Assembly: GCA_048013815.1 (NCBI GenBank)
Contig: CM106586.1
Coordinates: 15,128,001-15,192,000, forward strand
DNA from: Setoptus koraiensis
Taxonomy: Eukaryota; Animalia; Arthropoda
Direction: 5' to 3'
DNA: 64,000 nucleotides
Shown here one piece after another: positions 44,186 through 55,105 of this stretch (the stretch's first letter is position 1; the number at the start of each line of letters is the position of its first letter). Below the pieces are notes generated by a model, which had not been told where the DNA came from, made no database searches, and saw only the letters and a list, made by a program, of their open reading frames with translations. Made by a program: the position numbers and the translations under genes.

Positions 44186-47100
44186 ATGTCCTACAATCCG
44201 GCGTTCGTCTTCGACGAATCGCCACTGGCCATGACAAATGGCGAACAAGGGGCCAACATCAGATTGACGTCGTTCAAAATATTTGAACAAAACAAAAACT
44301 CCCTCTTGCCCGATCAAATCAACCAAAAGGACGCCAGCCAGCATCAGCATGTTATGGTCAGCGCATCGAGATCGCCCACAAGCGACGAAGACGAACGAGA
44401 CCAACAACAGGTGGATAATAGCAGCAACAATGGCAGTGATAGTGTTAATTCGTTAAATAATTTATCTTCCTCCACATCGGTACATTCAACGAATGCCATT
44501 CTAAAACGTGATAATGAAGATCAACCTGCTGCTTCCGGGCATCATCAGCAGCCGCAGCAGCAGCACCACCACCACCACCAAATGGTCAACAATGGTGGAA
44601 AAAATCACTTGATGAATAGTAAAAATGATCAAAAAATAACAACCACAGCAAAGGGTACGAGAAAGAAAAAGAAATTAGTTAATTCTAACAAACATTACAT
44701 GCACCCTGAACAAAACAACGCCATCACGCCATCAACAAATAATTACAATCATCATAACTTAAATCATCATCACCTAGATGCTCAACAACAACAACAACAA
44801 CAACAGTATCAGCGTCAGCCCCAAAATCATAGTCCGACATCGCAGACTAGCCTTCTGACTAGCGCCAATACAAATGTCAACAGCGACACAGAGGCCGCTA
44901 GCACTCATGAAGCCAACAATGGCGATAGTAATAATTTAACAAATAATATTGTGTCGTCGCATCATCGGCATCATTTGTTGAATCCGAGCCACTTGTCGAT
45001 GCTGAAACCGATGCACAATTTAGACGACTTTTTCATTAACAACAATGACAAAACGGGTAAGGCACACAGGCCCAGAGAAACACCAAAGATTTTTTGCTCA
45101 CTCACCTTTTTCTCTCTATTGGGTGGCTTTTTCGCTCACTGAATTGATTAGATTGCACAAAAAATTCAGCCAAATTCGCTCTCTTTGCTCACTTTTTGCA
45201 ACACATCGTGCAATTGAGCCTGTCGATTGTTTGTTGTCTATTTCCGTTTTGTAACAAGTTCTAGAAAAGCGCGACTCATTCGCACTATTTTCTCGACTGT
45301 CATATCAACCGACGATCATCACTGTCACCCGTCAAGTATTTATCCACCTTGAAAATAACCATTTCCCTTCTTCTTCTCTTCTCTTTTCAGATTTATGTGC
45401 AGCAGTCGAGTGTCGCGATATGCGATACGACGTGGGCAGAGGCTCATCTCAAAAAACTATCCTATATAATATAAATGTGACAGTACCGGAAGGCTCAATG
45501 TAAGTTTTGTCACGATGACAATGACGCTCATACATTGCACACCTTTGTGTATTACATATCATATGGCCTCAAGTCGCTCTATATTATATTGTTGGCTATC
45601 TTATATTAACCAACACTGTTTTTGATGCTCCATTTGTCATCTGCAGATATGGACTTCTCGGTCCCAGTGGCTGTGGTAAAACAACAATGCTCAGGTGTGT
45701 CGTTGGACGTATCTTACCCAAGGAAGGTAGTGTGCGAGTTTTTGGCTACAGGCCGAACGATCCCGGTAGCAATATCCCCGGGCCAGCCATAGGTTATATG
45801 CCTCAGGTGAGCTACAATCAGCGATTCGTAAAATGAAACTGTCGTGCGCTTCGACTAGACTCTTATAAATAAGCTTAAATATTCAACGAAACCGAACTAA
45901 CCAATTCATATTTTTGTGTTTGCGACTCGATCAAATCAATAATCAATCAGGAAATATCTGTCTACGAGGACTTCACCATAGACGAGACACTTAAGTATTT
46001 CGGAAAGATTTGCCGAATGAAGAGCGAACTCCTGGAATCTCGTATAGAGTTTCTGGTGGATTTTCTCGATCTACCAGAAAAGACGCGAATGGTTTCTAAT
46101 TTGAGGTAAATTATTGTCTGAACATAATTTCAATTAGTTTTTCGGTAGAAACTCAATGATTTGAGCCACTTTCAATCATCCATTGAGCGGTCGAAACGGT
46201 CCAAACTCTGCATGAATGGGTAGAAACTCCTGACTTTCAGCCAACCTTCAGCCCACTTTCATCCGTTTATACTGTGGACGAATGTGTGTTGTTGGACTTG
46301 GAAGCCGTCGATTGATCACAGTTTACATAATGTATTTGTATGCAATCACAGACAGATGGTCAGAGTCTGAATCTTGTGTGAACCGAAAAAGAGATGAATT
46401 TTCATTGAAAAAAATGTCGCATATTCAGATGGTTTTGATAACAAGTGGCAAGCAAACTAACCAATAATTATCTATTCTTTTTCTTCTTTCAGCGGTGGTC
46501 AGAAAAGAAGAGTATCCCTAGCTGCAGCCTTGGTGCACTCGCCCCCATTGTTGATACTAGACGAGCCTACAGTCGGAGTAGATCCTCTATTGAGACAAAG
46601 GTAAGACAAAGTTGCTGGATGACCGAGCGAGTTTCGATATGTATTTTCAAATTAACTTACCTAATATGAAATTTTGTTTTCTGTAAAACCAATTGTCTCA
46701 GCATATGGAAACATTTAGTGACATTGGCCCAGACAGAGAAAATCAGTGTCATCATAACAACTCATTATATTGAGGAGGCCAGGCAAGCCAATGTGGTTGG
46801 CCTAATGAGACACGGTAAATTATTAGCCGAGGACAGTCCAGATAATCTGATGGAACAGCATGCAATGGACAATTTAGAGGATGTCTTCTTGAAATTGTGT
46901 GTCTCGGATAGCTCTAGGCAAGCGGCAAAATTGGCCGATTTAGGTTTGCCACCAATGAGTATGACGCCAACACCAGAGATTCAGCCTCGTTTTGGTAAAC
47001 AAATCAAAATGTTTAATGAACAACAATTGGCTAGAAATAACATGTTACAGCAATTGGATGCCAATGGTATTCCAATTAAAGTTGCAAACGATGGTCAAAG

Positions 47101-48947
47101 AATGATGGCCAAGAAGCCACGCAGTTTTCCCTCTTTATTCGCCATCACCAATAATGGTAATAATACTGATAATAATATTATTGATAACAATAGTCCTACT
47201 ACAATCGCCATAACGGGTAGCCATAGTAACAATCATCATCAATCAGATTTAAGTAACCATCATAATAATATTAATATTAAGACCATACCCACCTCAAATA
47301 ATGATAGCGATAGCATTAATAAGCAATTAATCGCTACAAATGATATTGCTACTAGACCTACACTAACTATTGGTAGCAACAATGGTCTAGGTGCATTTAA
47401 TCAACATCCATCAGGTTCAACGGGGGAATTAGCCATACACGCACCTGTTGTTAATCATGACGATTATGAATTTGTTGTTAATAAACACAATCTAAAATCA
47501 ATGAAACCAGGACAAAAATATCCACCTAATGAAGGCTCTATACACGAATGGACCAAATCATTAATGGCTGTCATATGGAAAAATTACATCTCTATCAAAC
47601 GTAATCCACCCGTATTACTGTTTGAGTTCGTATTACCGGCCGTTCAGGTGATATTATTTTGTTTGTGCATTGGAGGTGATCCATTTGATGTACCTGTGGC
47701 GCTAGTCAACGAAGATCCATATGGGGCCGCTAGTATAGCGTTCTTAAACTCAATTGATAAGAAAGCCATTAGATTAGTCAATTTTGTAGATACGGATTCT
47801 GCGATACAGTCTGTGCGGAAAGGTGAAAACTGGGGAGTCATATCAATACCGGCAAACTATAGCCGTTTCCTAGGCGATCGCATCTCTATAGATCCATATA
47901 ATTTCAACTCGGAAAATGCCGAATCAAATGTGCTCATCAAGAACGGAACCATCTCAATATATCCGGATCTAACAAGTTAGTATGACACTTCCTAGAGAGT
48001 CGCGTAAAACAAAACAGTCGTTGCATTTCCGGTTCGTGGGTATTAACTTTTTTCCATCTATCGTGTCCATCTAATCAATTGTAGACTTACATCTAGCGCT
48101 CGCTATGGAGAATACTTTTCGAACAGCTTTCACCAATTTCGCTCATGACTCTCTGGTCACTCTAGGCCTTGATCCAGCGTTAGCGGAATTGCCTGTCAAG
48201 GTAGGTGGAATAACTATGAAGGTTATCAAGCATTAAAAAAAAATGATTTTCGAGAAAAAAAGACAACTAACGATCATTATCAAACTGTTTATTCACCCAA
48301 TACAGGTGGAAGAGCCTATCTATGGCACCCTCAAACGGAACGGCTACCTGGAGTTCATGGCCCCCGGAGTTGTCATAAGTATCACCTATGTGATGGCGAC
48401 AGGTCTGACCGCTCTCGCTTTCATATTGGAAAAGCGAGGCGGTATGCTGGAACGTAGCCTGATAGCTGGTGTTTCAACGAGCCAGATATTATTGGCTCAT
48501 GCCACTGTACAAGTTTTTGTTATGACGATCCAGATAGCTTTGGTATTGGCGTTTACATTTTTCGTCTTTGAGATACCATCAAATGGTCCATTTATTTGGG
48601 TGATATTGCTTATTCTCTTGCAAGGTTGCACCGGAATGGCATTCGGATTATTGGTATCAGCGATTTGTAATGAAGAAAATACTGCTGTTATGATGTTGGT
48701 TGGTACCTTCTACACTAATTTAATTCTAGCCGGTATTGTGTGGCCCATAGAGGCTATGCCCCATTATCTCAGATGGTTAAGTTATATGCAACCACAGACA
48801 TTGCCTACCGAAACGCTGAGGAATATATTATCGCGCGGTTGGGGAATCAGCGAATTTGGTGTTCAAATTGGTTTTGCTATAACAATCGGCTGGTTAGTCG
48901 TATTCTTGATGGCAGCCGGCTTTGTAATGCAATATTTTAGAAGTTAA
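44186..48947 (+). CDS. ABCH: ABC transporter, arthropod H subfamily (often annotated ABCG20/23-like) half-transporter, 8 exons, about 1144 aa
   Basis: Exons: 44186-45056, 45391-45499, 45647-45806, 45951-46105, 46493-46600, 46702-47975, 48085-48200, 48306-48947, with consistent phases. Walker A is GPSGCGKT, Q-loop GYMPQ, signature LSGGQ, Walker B LILDEP, H-loop TTHY. The NBD precedes the TMD, which has ABC2-type motifs ([14 protein letters not shown]). The start codon is uncertain. Confidence 0.92.
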
Positions 48948-49086
48948 TTGTTAGGATTTTTTGGAAGACCCCAGCTCATCATGAGTTGCGAATTAGTTAT
49001 TCAACTTAACTTATAAGTGGCTAGTACATGACAAAATTAAACACAGAAAAAGTACTTTATTTAACACACGGTCAATAACGCGATAT

Positions 49087-49629
49087 TTAGTCCAGGACGT
49101 TCGTTGCCTCGCCTCTCTTGTACTTGTTGATTTGTTCCAATGTTTCCTTCTTCTGTTTCTGTCTTTTCCTTAGCACCTCTTCTTGAATCTTTTTGCCCAT
49201 CTTTTTGAGGTCTCTTAATTTACGAGCTTTCTCTGATCTCTCAATGGCATCGCGTTTGTCTTTCAATTTGTCGGTGACTCGCTTCATCTGACGATCGTCT
49301 TTGAGCCTCTCCGCTCTAAAATCATCAGGCACTTGAGTGGGGATCTTGAGTGATTTGAGTCTGGCAAGAACTTGTGTAGCACCGATTTCGGCTTGTTTCA
49401 TGAAAGCCATTTCCCTGCGAAAATCATGTTGGGCACTGGCAACATCTAGGGGTGCCGTTGTAACGAAGGCATATTCATATTCTGCTTGTTCTTGGCGTCT
49501 TTTCTTCAACAACATGGATAAAAATAAATCTGCGTCTAGCGGAGGAATTACTTTGTGTATCTTTTCTTTCTTGAGGTTTTCCTTTTTTGGATTTCCTTTT
49601 TTGGGCTTTCCCTTGTTCGCGCGACCCAT
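49087..49629 (-). CDS. EBP2: rRNA-processing protein EBP2 (shortened, about 180 aa), intronless
   Basis: Contains the Ebp2-domain core DFRREMAFMKQA...LKIPTQVPDDFRAE...SEKARKLRDLKKMGKKIQEEVL...YKRG. The likely start is MGRANKG at 49629; the ORF track extends to 49692. Confidence 0.88.
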   Translation of the reverse strand: MGRANKGKPKKGNPKKENLKKEKIHKVIPPLDADLFLSMLLKKRRQEQAEYEYAFVTTAPLDVASAQHDFRREMAFMKQAEIGATQVLARLKSLKIPTQVPDDFRAERLKDDRQMKRVTDKLKDKRDAIERSEKARKLRDLKKMGKKIQEEVLRKRQKQKKETLEQINKYKRGEATNVLD

Positions 49630-50429
49630 CGCTTTTAGTTGATCGAGAGAGAGAGGGGGGGGGATAGAGAAACAGGTCTCGATGTGATGCAATTGAATAG
49701 CCAGTAAGGGTACCGGTTACTGGTGTAAATACGTATAAATGTGATAATTGTGACAGATATTTAATCTAACCATGCCGTCGAGAATGAGAGATCGCCAGTA
49801 TCGAACCAACACATGGCTTGTGTTTATACTGTGCGTGGGCGCTTCTGCGCACAACAACAGCGTGTACTGGCAGCATTCTTTCGCAAGGTGCGATTCCCGA
49901 ACTGAACAAAACAACGCGCAGCGCACAGAACGTTCTTCTGTTCTGTGTGTGCTACTTGTGCTGAGGATCTGACGAGCGTATTGTCTGTGCGATCAATTTG
50001 TTTAGCGTGTCCGGTGTAGAATGTTCTCAGGTACGATATGTGCTGCGTAGTATTTAAAAATGCACTGTGCAAAGGCAGCGTAGCGTTCGCAGGGCCAATC
50101 CGCATTACTGTGTTATACTGAACCACCTATAGTAGCCATAGTGCAGTTTCAGTGGGCGCTCGATTTAAAAATGTGCCTCAAAATGCATCTATTCATGAAT
50201 ATAAAATCAATATTCACGATCACCAATGACTGCTCTTGCCATACGTTCAAAACATATGAGTTGAAAATGATCAAATCCTCGCGTCTAACGTATTCTCGCG
50301 TTAGTGGCCACTCTATTCTAACACATCCAAACAAATTGATTTAGGGTCACTAGATTTTAGGTCCTCTATTAATATCCAATCAACTTCGTATATCACCCAA
50401 GTGAAATCATCAAATCAAATCACATCGTC

Positions 50430-51082
50430 ATGATATTAAATAGGCCTGGCTCCAACCCATCGGGTAGCGTAGTTGTACCTAGAAATTTTAGATTACTAGA
50501 GGAATTAGAACAGGGTCAAAAAGGAGTCAGTGATGGCACTATTAGTTGGGGCCTAGAAGATGACAGTGATATGACACTCAGTTACTGGACCGGCATGATC
50601 ATTGGTCCACCTAGGGTAAGTGTGAAAATATCAACATGTACTCAATGTTCTACATGCCTGGCATTGATACCAGCCTCGGCCAAAATCACCTCTTAAAGCT
50701 TTTTAGGCATTCTGTTTGTCAATATTGCTAATACATACAACACCACTTGTGATTTTTACATCTTGATATACTATACATGTTTATATATTATGTTTGTCAT
50801 CAACACCATTTATAGACACCATATGAAAATAGAATGTTCTCGCTTAAGATCGAATGTGGGCCCAATTATCCTGATGAACCTCCAAAAGTCAAATTTATTT
50901 CCAAGATCAAGATGACTGGCATTTTAGACACAACTGGCGTTGTAGATCGTAGACAAGTACCCGTATTAGCCAGATGGCAGAGGAATTTTTCTATCAAAAC
51001 AGTTCTCCAAGAACTCAGGAAGGCTATGACCGTCAAAGAAAATCTAAAATTTGCCCAGCCTCCGGAGGGAACAACATTTTAA
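50430..51082 (+). CDS. UBE2V: Ubiquitin-conjugating enzyme E2 variant (UEV1/MMS2)
   Basis: Exons 50430-50615 and 50816-51082. Motifs [24 protein letters not shown]|[25 protein letters not shown]. No catalytic Cys. The 5' start is uncertain. Confidence 0.95.
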
Positions 51083-51506
51083 TCATTACAACAAGTTTTC
51101 ATTTCATGTACACGGTATTGTTACAAACATAATATATAAAGCGCCCCCAAATGGGATTTTTAGAACTGATTTCAACCATTCATTATTCATCAGCATACCT
51201 AGCACAGTGATGAGTTGTTCTTTTTTTAACGCGCCAAACGTCTCTTTGTTGTTGTGGTTTTCCAGGTTACTGCACATATCTCCCCTACAAGCAAACATTT
51301 AATCCAAAACTAATTTTTTATGCTAAACTAATATTATCATAACATGTTCTCATATACAGTAGTAATTTATTATATTCATGTCCACCACAAACCACTATTT
51401 AATCCTATCACAACATCAGCAAATTAAAAACATATCCTGGACAGGAATTTAATTCAAATAAGTCCAGTAATATTAGTAGTTGATAAATACTTATACCATT
51501 AAAAAT

Positions 51507-52433
51507 ATGGCATTTAAAATGCTGGAAAAGATTGACGACAACTTCACTAAACTAGAGAAAATAGGGCAAGGTGCCTACGGAGTTGTTTTCAAAGCCAGAA
51601 GTAAGGACAATCAACAATGTGTGGCATTGAAGAAAGTCAAATTAAGTAGTGAAGTCACAGATGAGGAAGGAGTGCCTAGCAGTAGTCTCAGAGAAATCGG
51701 TCTTCTCAAGGATTTGAATCATCCGAATGTTCTCAAATTATTAGACGTTGTCTGTTGTGATTCTAACTTATATCTCGTATTCGAATATCTAGATATTGAT
51801 CTTAAAAAGTTACTAGATAAAACGCAATCGGGCCTACCCAAACCATTGGCTAAAAGTTTTCTTTGGCAACTGTTGCAAGGTATCGCTCATTGCCACGCTC
51901 ACCGAGTTCTACACAGAGATCTCAAACTACAGAATCTTCTTGTTGACAGGCACGGCAATATAAAATTGGCAGATTTTGGACTAGCCCGGTCTATGGGCAT
52001 ACCGATTAGGACTTACACTCATGAAGTGGTCACTCTATGGTATAGGGCACCGGAAATCTTGCTGAGGTCTCCTCATTATGGACCATCAGTGGACTTATGG
52101 AGCTTGGGCTGTATATTCGCTGAGATTCTCACCAAGAAAGTATTGTTTCCGGGAGAGTCTGAGATAGATCAGATTTATCGTATATTTCGAACCTTGGGTA
52201 CCCCTGACGATCTTCAGTGGCCAGGATTTAGTCAATTACCAGACTACAGAGAATTTCCCAAGTTTAATAACCGTGGATTGGATAACTACGTCGAAGATGA
52301 TGACGATGCGATAGATCTACTCACCAAGATGCTGGAGTATGACCCAGCCACAAGGATATCAGCCAGGATTGCACTGAGACATAGATACTTCATTAATGTC
52401 AAAATAGAACGCCCTACATTCTATGAGTTCTGA
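51507..52433 (+). CDS. CDK2: Cyclin-dependent kinase, CDK1/2/3-type but divergent, intronless, 308 aa
   Basis: Complete kinase domain: [59 protein letters not shown]. The first ATG is at 51507; the ORF track starts at an upstream TTG. Exact orthology is uncertain. Confidence 0.85.
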   Translation: MAFKMLEKIDDNFTKLEKIGQGAYGVVFKARSKDNQQCVALKKVKLSSEVTDEEGVPSSSLREIGLLKDLNHPNVLKLLDVVCCDSNLYLVFEYLDIDLKKLLDKTQSGLPKPLAKSFLWQLLQGIAHCHAHRVLHRDLKLQNLLVDRHGNIKLADFGLARSMGIPIRTYTHEVVTLWYRAPEILLRSPHYGPSVDLWSLGCIFAEILTKKVLFPGESEIDQIYRIFRTLGTPDDLQWPGFSQLPDYREFPKFNNRGLDNYVEDDDDAIDLLTKMLEYDPATRISARIALRHRYFINVKIERPTFYEF

Positions 52434-52823
52434 ACTGTCTTTGAAAGACTGCTGACGACTCGATTAAAAACTTCGCCTACATTCTGACAGAATTCTGCGT
52501 CTACTTAGAGATTATTATTATATATATTGTGTATATAATCACTACTATACAATTACAATTTGTAAGAATGTGAAGAATATCCTGATACTAAAGCTAAAGA
52601 CCTCCAATTGCAAGTTGAGATAATCGAGCTAAACAGTTGGCCGTGTTATTAGACGCATTCGTCAGTCCATCACCAGTTGGGCTCGATCTAAAACTTGCCA
52701 ACGAAACCTGAAACGAGTGTGAGATTCCATTAGAAAGTGTCTCGCATCAACTATATCATGAATTACAACATGAAGTAGACTCGGCTTGATGTTTGGCGGA
52801 TAGGCGCGAGTATTCTCCGTGAT

Positions 52824-53965
52824 CTACTTGTCTTTCTTATTTCCTTTGCTCAGTTCTTGTAAGCACAGGCTATTCACGATATTCTCCTGTAAATTTTGAT
52901 GTGAAAGAAAAGTGCATTAGGTTATTAATTGTTCGGTAGAACAAAAAGGGAGGTTGCTTATCCACAATACTTGTAGGTACTTACATAGGACAGTGAAAAT
53001 GGAATGACTCTACCTCTGGCATCGAAGGATGGTCGCCTCGATTGCACTTGTCCGCCAGTGAAGACAATGAGTGTAGGTAATTCTTGACGAGCAGTAACAC
53101 CTGTATTGATACGATATTTCTCTGCCAATTTAGGACATCGAGAAATGTCGATTTTTCCAAATCTGAGCTCTTTTGTCGCAAATCTAAAGACATTATAACA
53201 AAAACAGACAGACACTATACCACGTTAGATTCAGCTAGAGAGTCAGTTTTTAGTTGAGCGTGAATATTTTCGACATACTTTGCAGATAATTCGCTGAATA
53301 ATCCTGCAAACTCATTACAGAGTGGATTCCAACTAGCATAAAATTCTATGATCCATGAGCATTTACTTTGTGACAATTCTTTCTCAAGATCATCCCCAAA
53401 AAAGTAGGTTATGTTCTCAGGTCCCTTGTATTTTGGCTTTGGGAGCAATAAGAAATGGGCTGTAATGATGTCGTGAGAAGAAATGAACCATTAATATTGA
53501 TCAGCCGCAAATTTTTTTGCTGAGAGTCCATGACATCAATTTAGAGAGGAACTTACCTATCAACACTAAGGTATATACAAATCCGTAGAGTGAATTAGTG
53601 AAAAAAAATAGAATAAAGTTTCCTAGTTTTGCTACAGTACAAACGGTACTTAAATATGGCAGAAAATTAACATTGCCCCAGCGTCTTGCCTTGAAAAAAG
53701 ACACTACGAAAGTCAGTACAAGGACCTGGTTCTCAACCTGGATTGAAAGTGTGAAGCCAATGTGATGAGTATTATCTTTGAAGATTTTCAAAAGTGGCAA
53801 TATTTTTCGAATAATACTTACTGCTGTGAATTCCTGAATCTCGAATAGATATCTTGATGTGAAGGAGCAACTCTTCAATAATATAAATGATAGTGCTAAA
53901 ATAAGTTCCACGATATAATGTAATTTCATCAACTGGCGAAGCTCCCTCAGGCTGACGAGAGCCAT
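52824..53965 (-). CDS. TMX2: Thioredoxin-related transmembrane protein 2, 5 exons, 255 aa
   Basis: Minus-strand exons: 53965-53822, 53737-53557, 53459-53279, 53183-52985, 52886-52824. Motifs PKYKGPENITYF, WIIEFYASWNPLC, FGKIDISR, LPTLIVF, and a C-terminal NKKDK di-lysine ER motif. Confidence 0.92.
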
Positions 53966-54667
53966 GATGAATGACTAATTGTTAAATAGATTTGATAACG
54001 AAATCTCTATGATCCTCTATAATGACAGTTCAGAAAGGGATATATCATGGTGGCCCGAGATAGATGATATTTTAATTGGGTGAATGAGAATTTTGTCGGA
54101 ATGGACGATTGCTGTTGGGAACTAAGATCGCGCACAAGCGTCGCTTTCGTGTTGCTTCAGATATGAAGCAATGCGCTTCTTCTTGAGGCAACGAGGCTGC
54201 GTTAACAATCCTCTTTGTTGTAACCATGTGGCGGTGTCTATTGGCAACATAATCAATTCTCTTCAGTTTGAATGAGGGTGCTGCCGCTGTGTCTCTATCT
54301 TATTGAATCTGACTAGCCATCTACATCTATATTCTTGGTGTTGTTTGAAAAGAAGAGATTGTGCGAGACAGGAATTTGTGAATTTGCAGATTCAGCTTCA
54401 GAACGTGATCATTGACTACAGATCAACATATTATTAGTGGATAGTCAAACAGAGTGTGAATCCAAGTAGATGTATATCCGAGCAGTTGTTTCAAGCTCGT
54501 ACTTTTGTATCGAGATATAATTTTTTTTTTTTGATCAACAATAGTATATTAGGGTTAACAGTTTGTGACTATAAACACTACTCTCAACCATCTGAAGATG
54601 ATTGCTTTATTAATCTCTAGCTAGACAGGTGTGAAATCTTGAGGTTTCAACTCTTGCTCATAGAAGT

Positions 54668-55105
54668 CTACCAATGATACTTGTGCAGTCTGTGTTTTTT
54701 AAGGTATGGTATCATTGTGAGCATGGTGAGAAACGACACAGCACTCATAAATTGAACAAATGCCGGGATCGCACTTCCATAACGTGTATGCATCCATTTG
54801 TATTGCCACTTGAAGAAGGCTCTGCTGGTTGCGGCTATGGCAGCTTGGGGCGTCTTGTTGCGTCGCATAAGCCAAGCTTGAAGCTCACCCAATTTCACAT
54901 CTTTCAGTGGAGTATCCTCTGGGGTGATAGGAAAGAGAGAAAAGTATTATTTTACAAGAAAGGATAAAAATCAAAGCAAGAGGGACGTTGTCAATAGAGC
55001 TCGCTTAAACTTACTCTTGGCACTGTAGTTGACCCAAGGGTAAAATGGTCCATGAACGGCACGATTGTATTCCTTTGGGTAGTTACCAAATGCTGGGCAG
55101 ACCAT
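54668..55105 (-). CDS. ATP5MF: Mitochondrial ATP synthase subunit f, 2 exons, 113 aa
   Basis: Minus-strand exons 55105-55015 and 54918-54668. Motifs FGNYPKEYNRAVHGP, VKLGELQAWLMRRNKTP, SRAFFKWQYKW, KHRLHKYHW. Confidence 0.93.

Noticed and set aside
54074-54320. Small minus-strand frames upstream of TMX2 (a 42-aa ORF at 54250-54122, and MASQIQ* followed by a longer open frame)
   Set aside because: No known microprotein recognised and no evidence of readthrough; kept only as possible uORFs.
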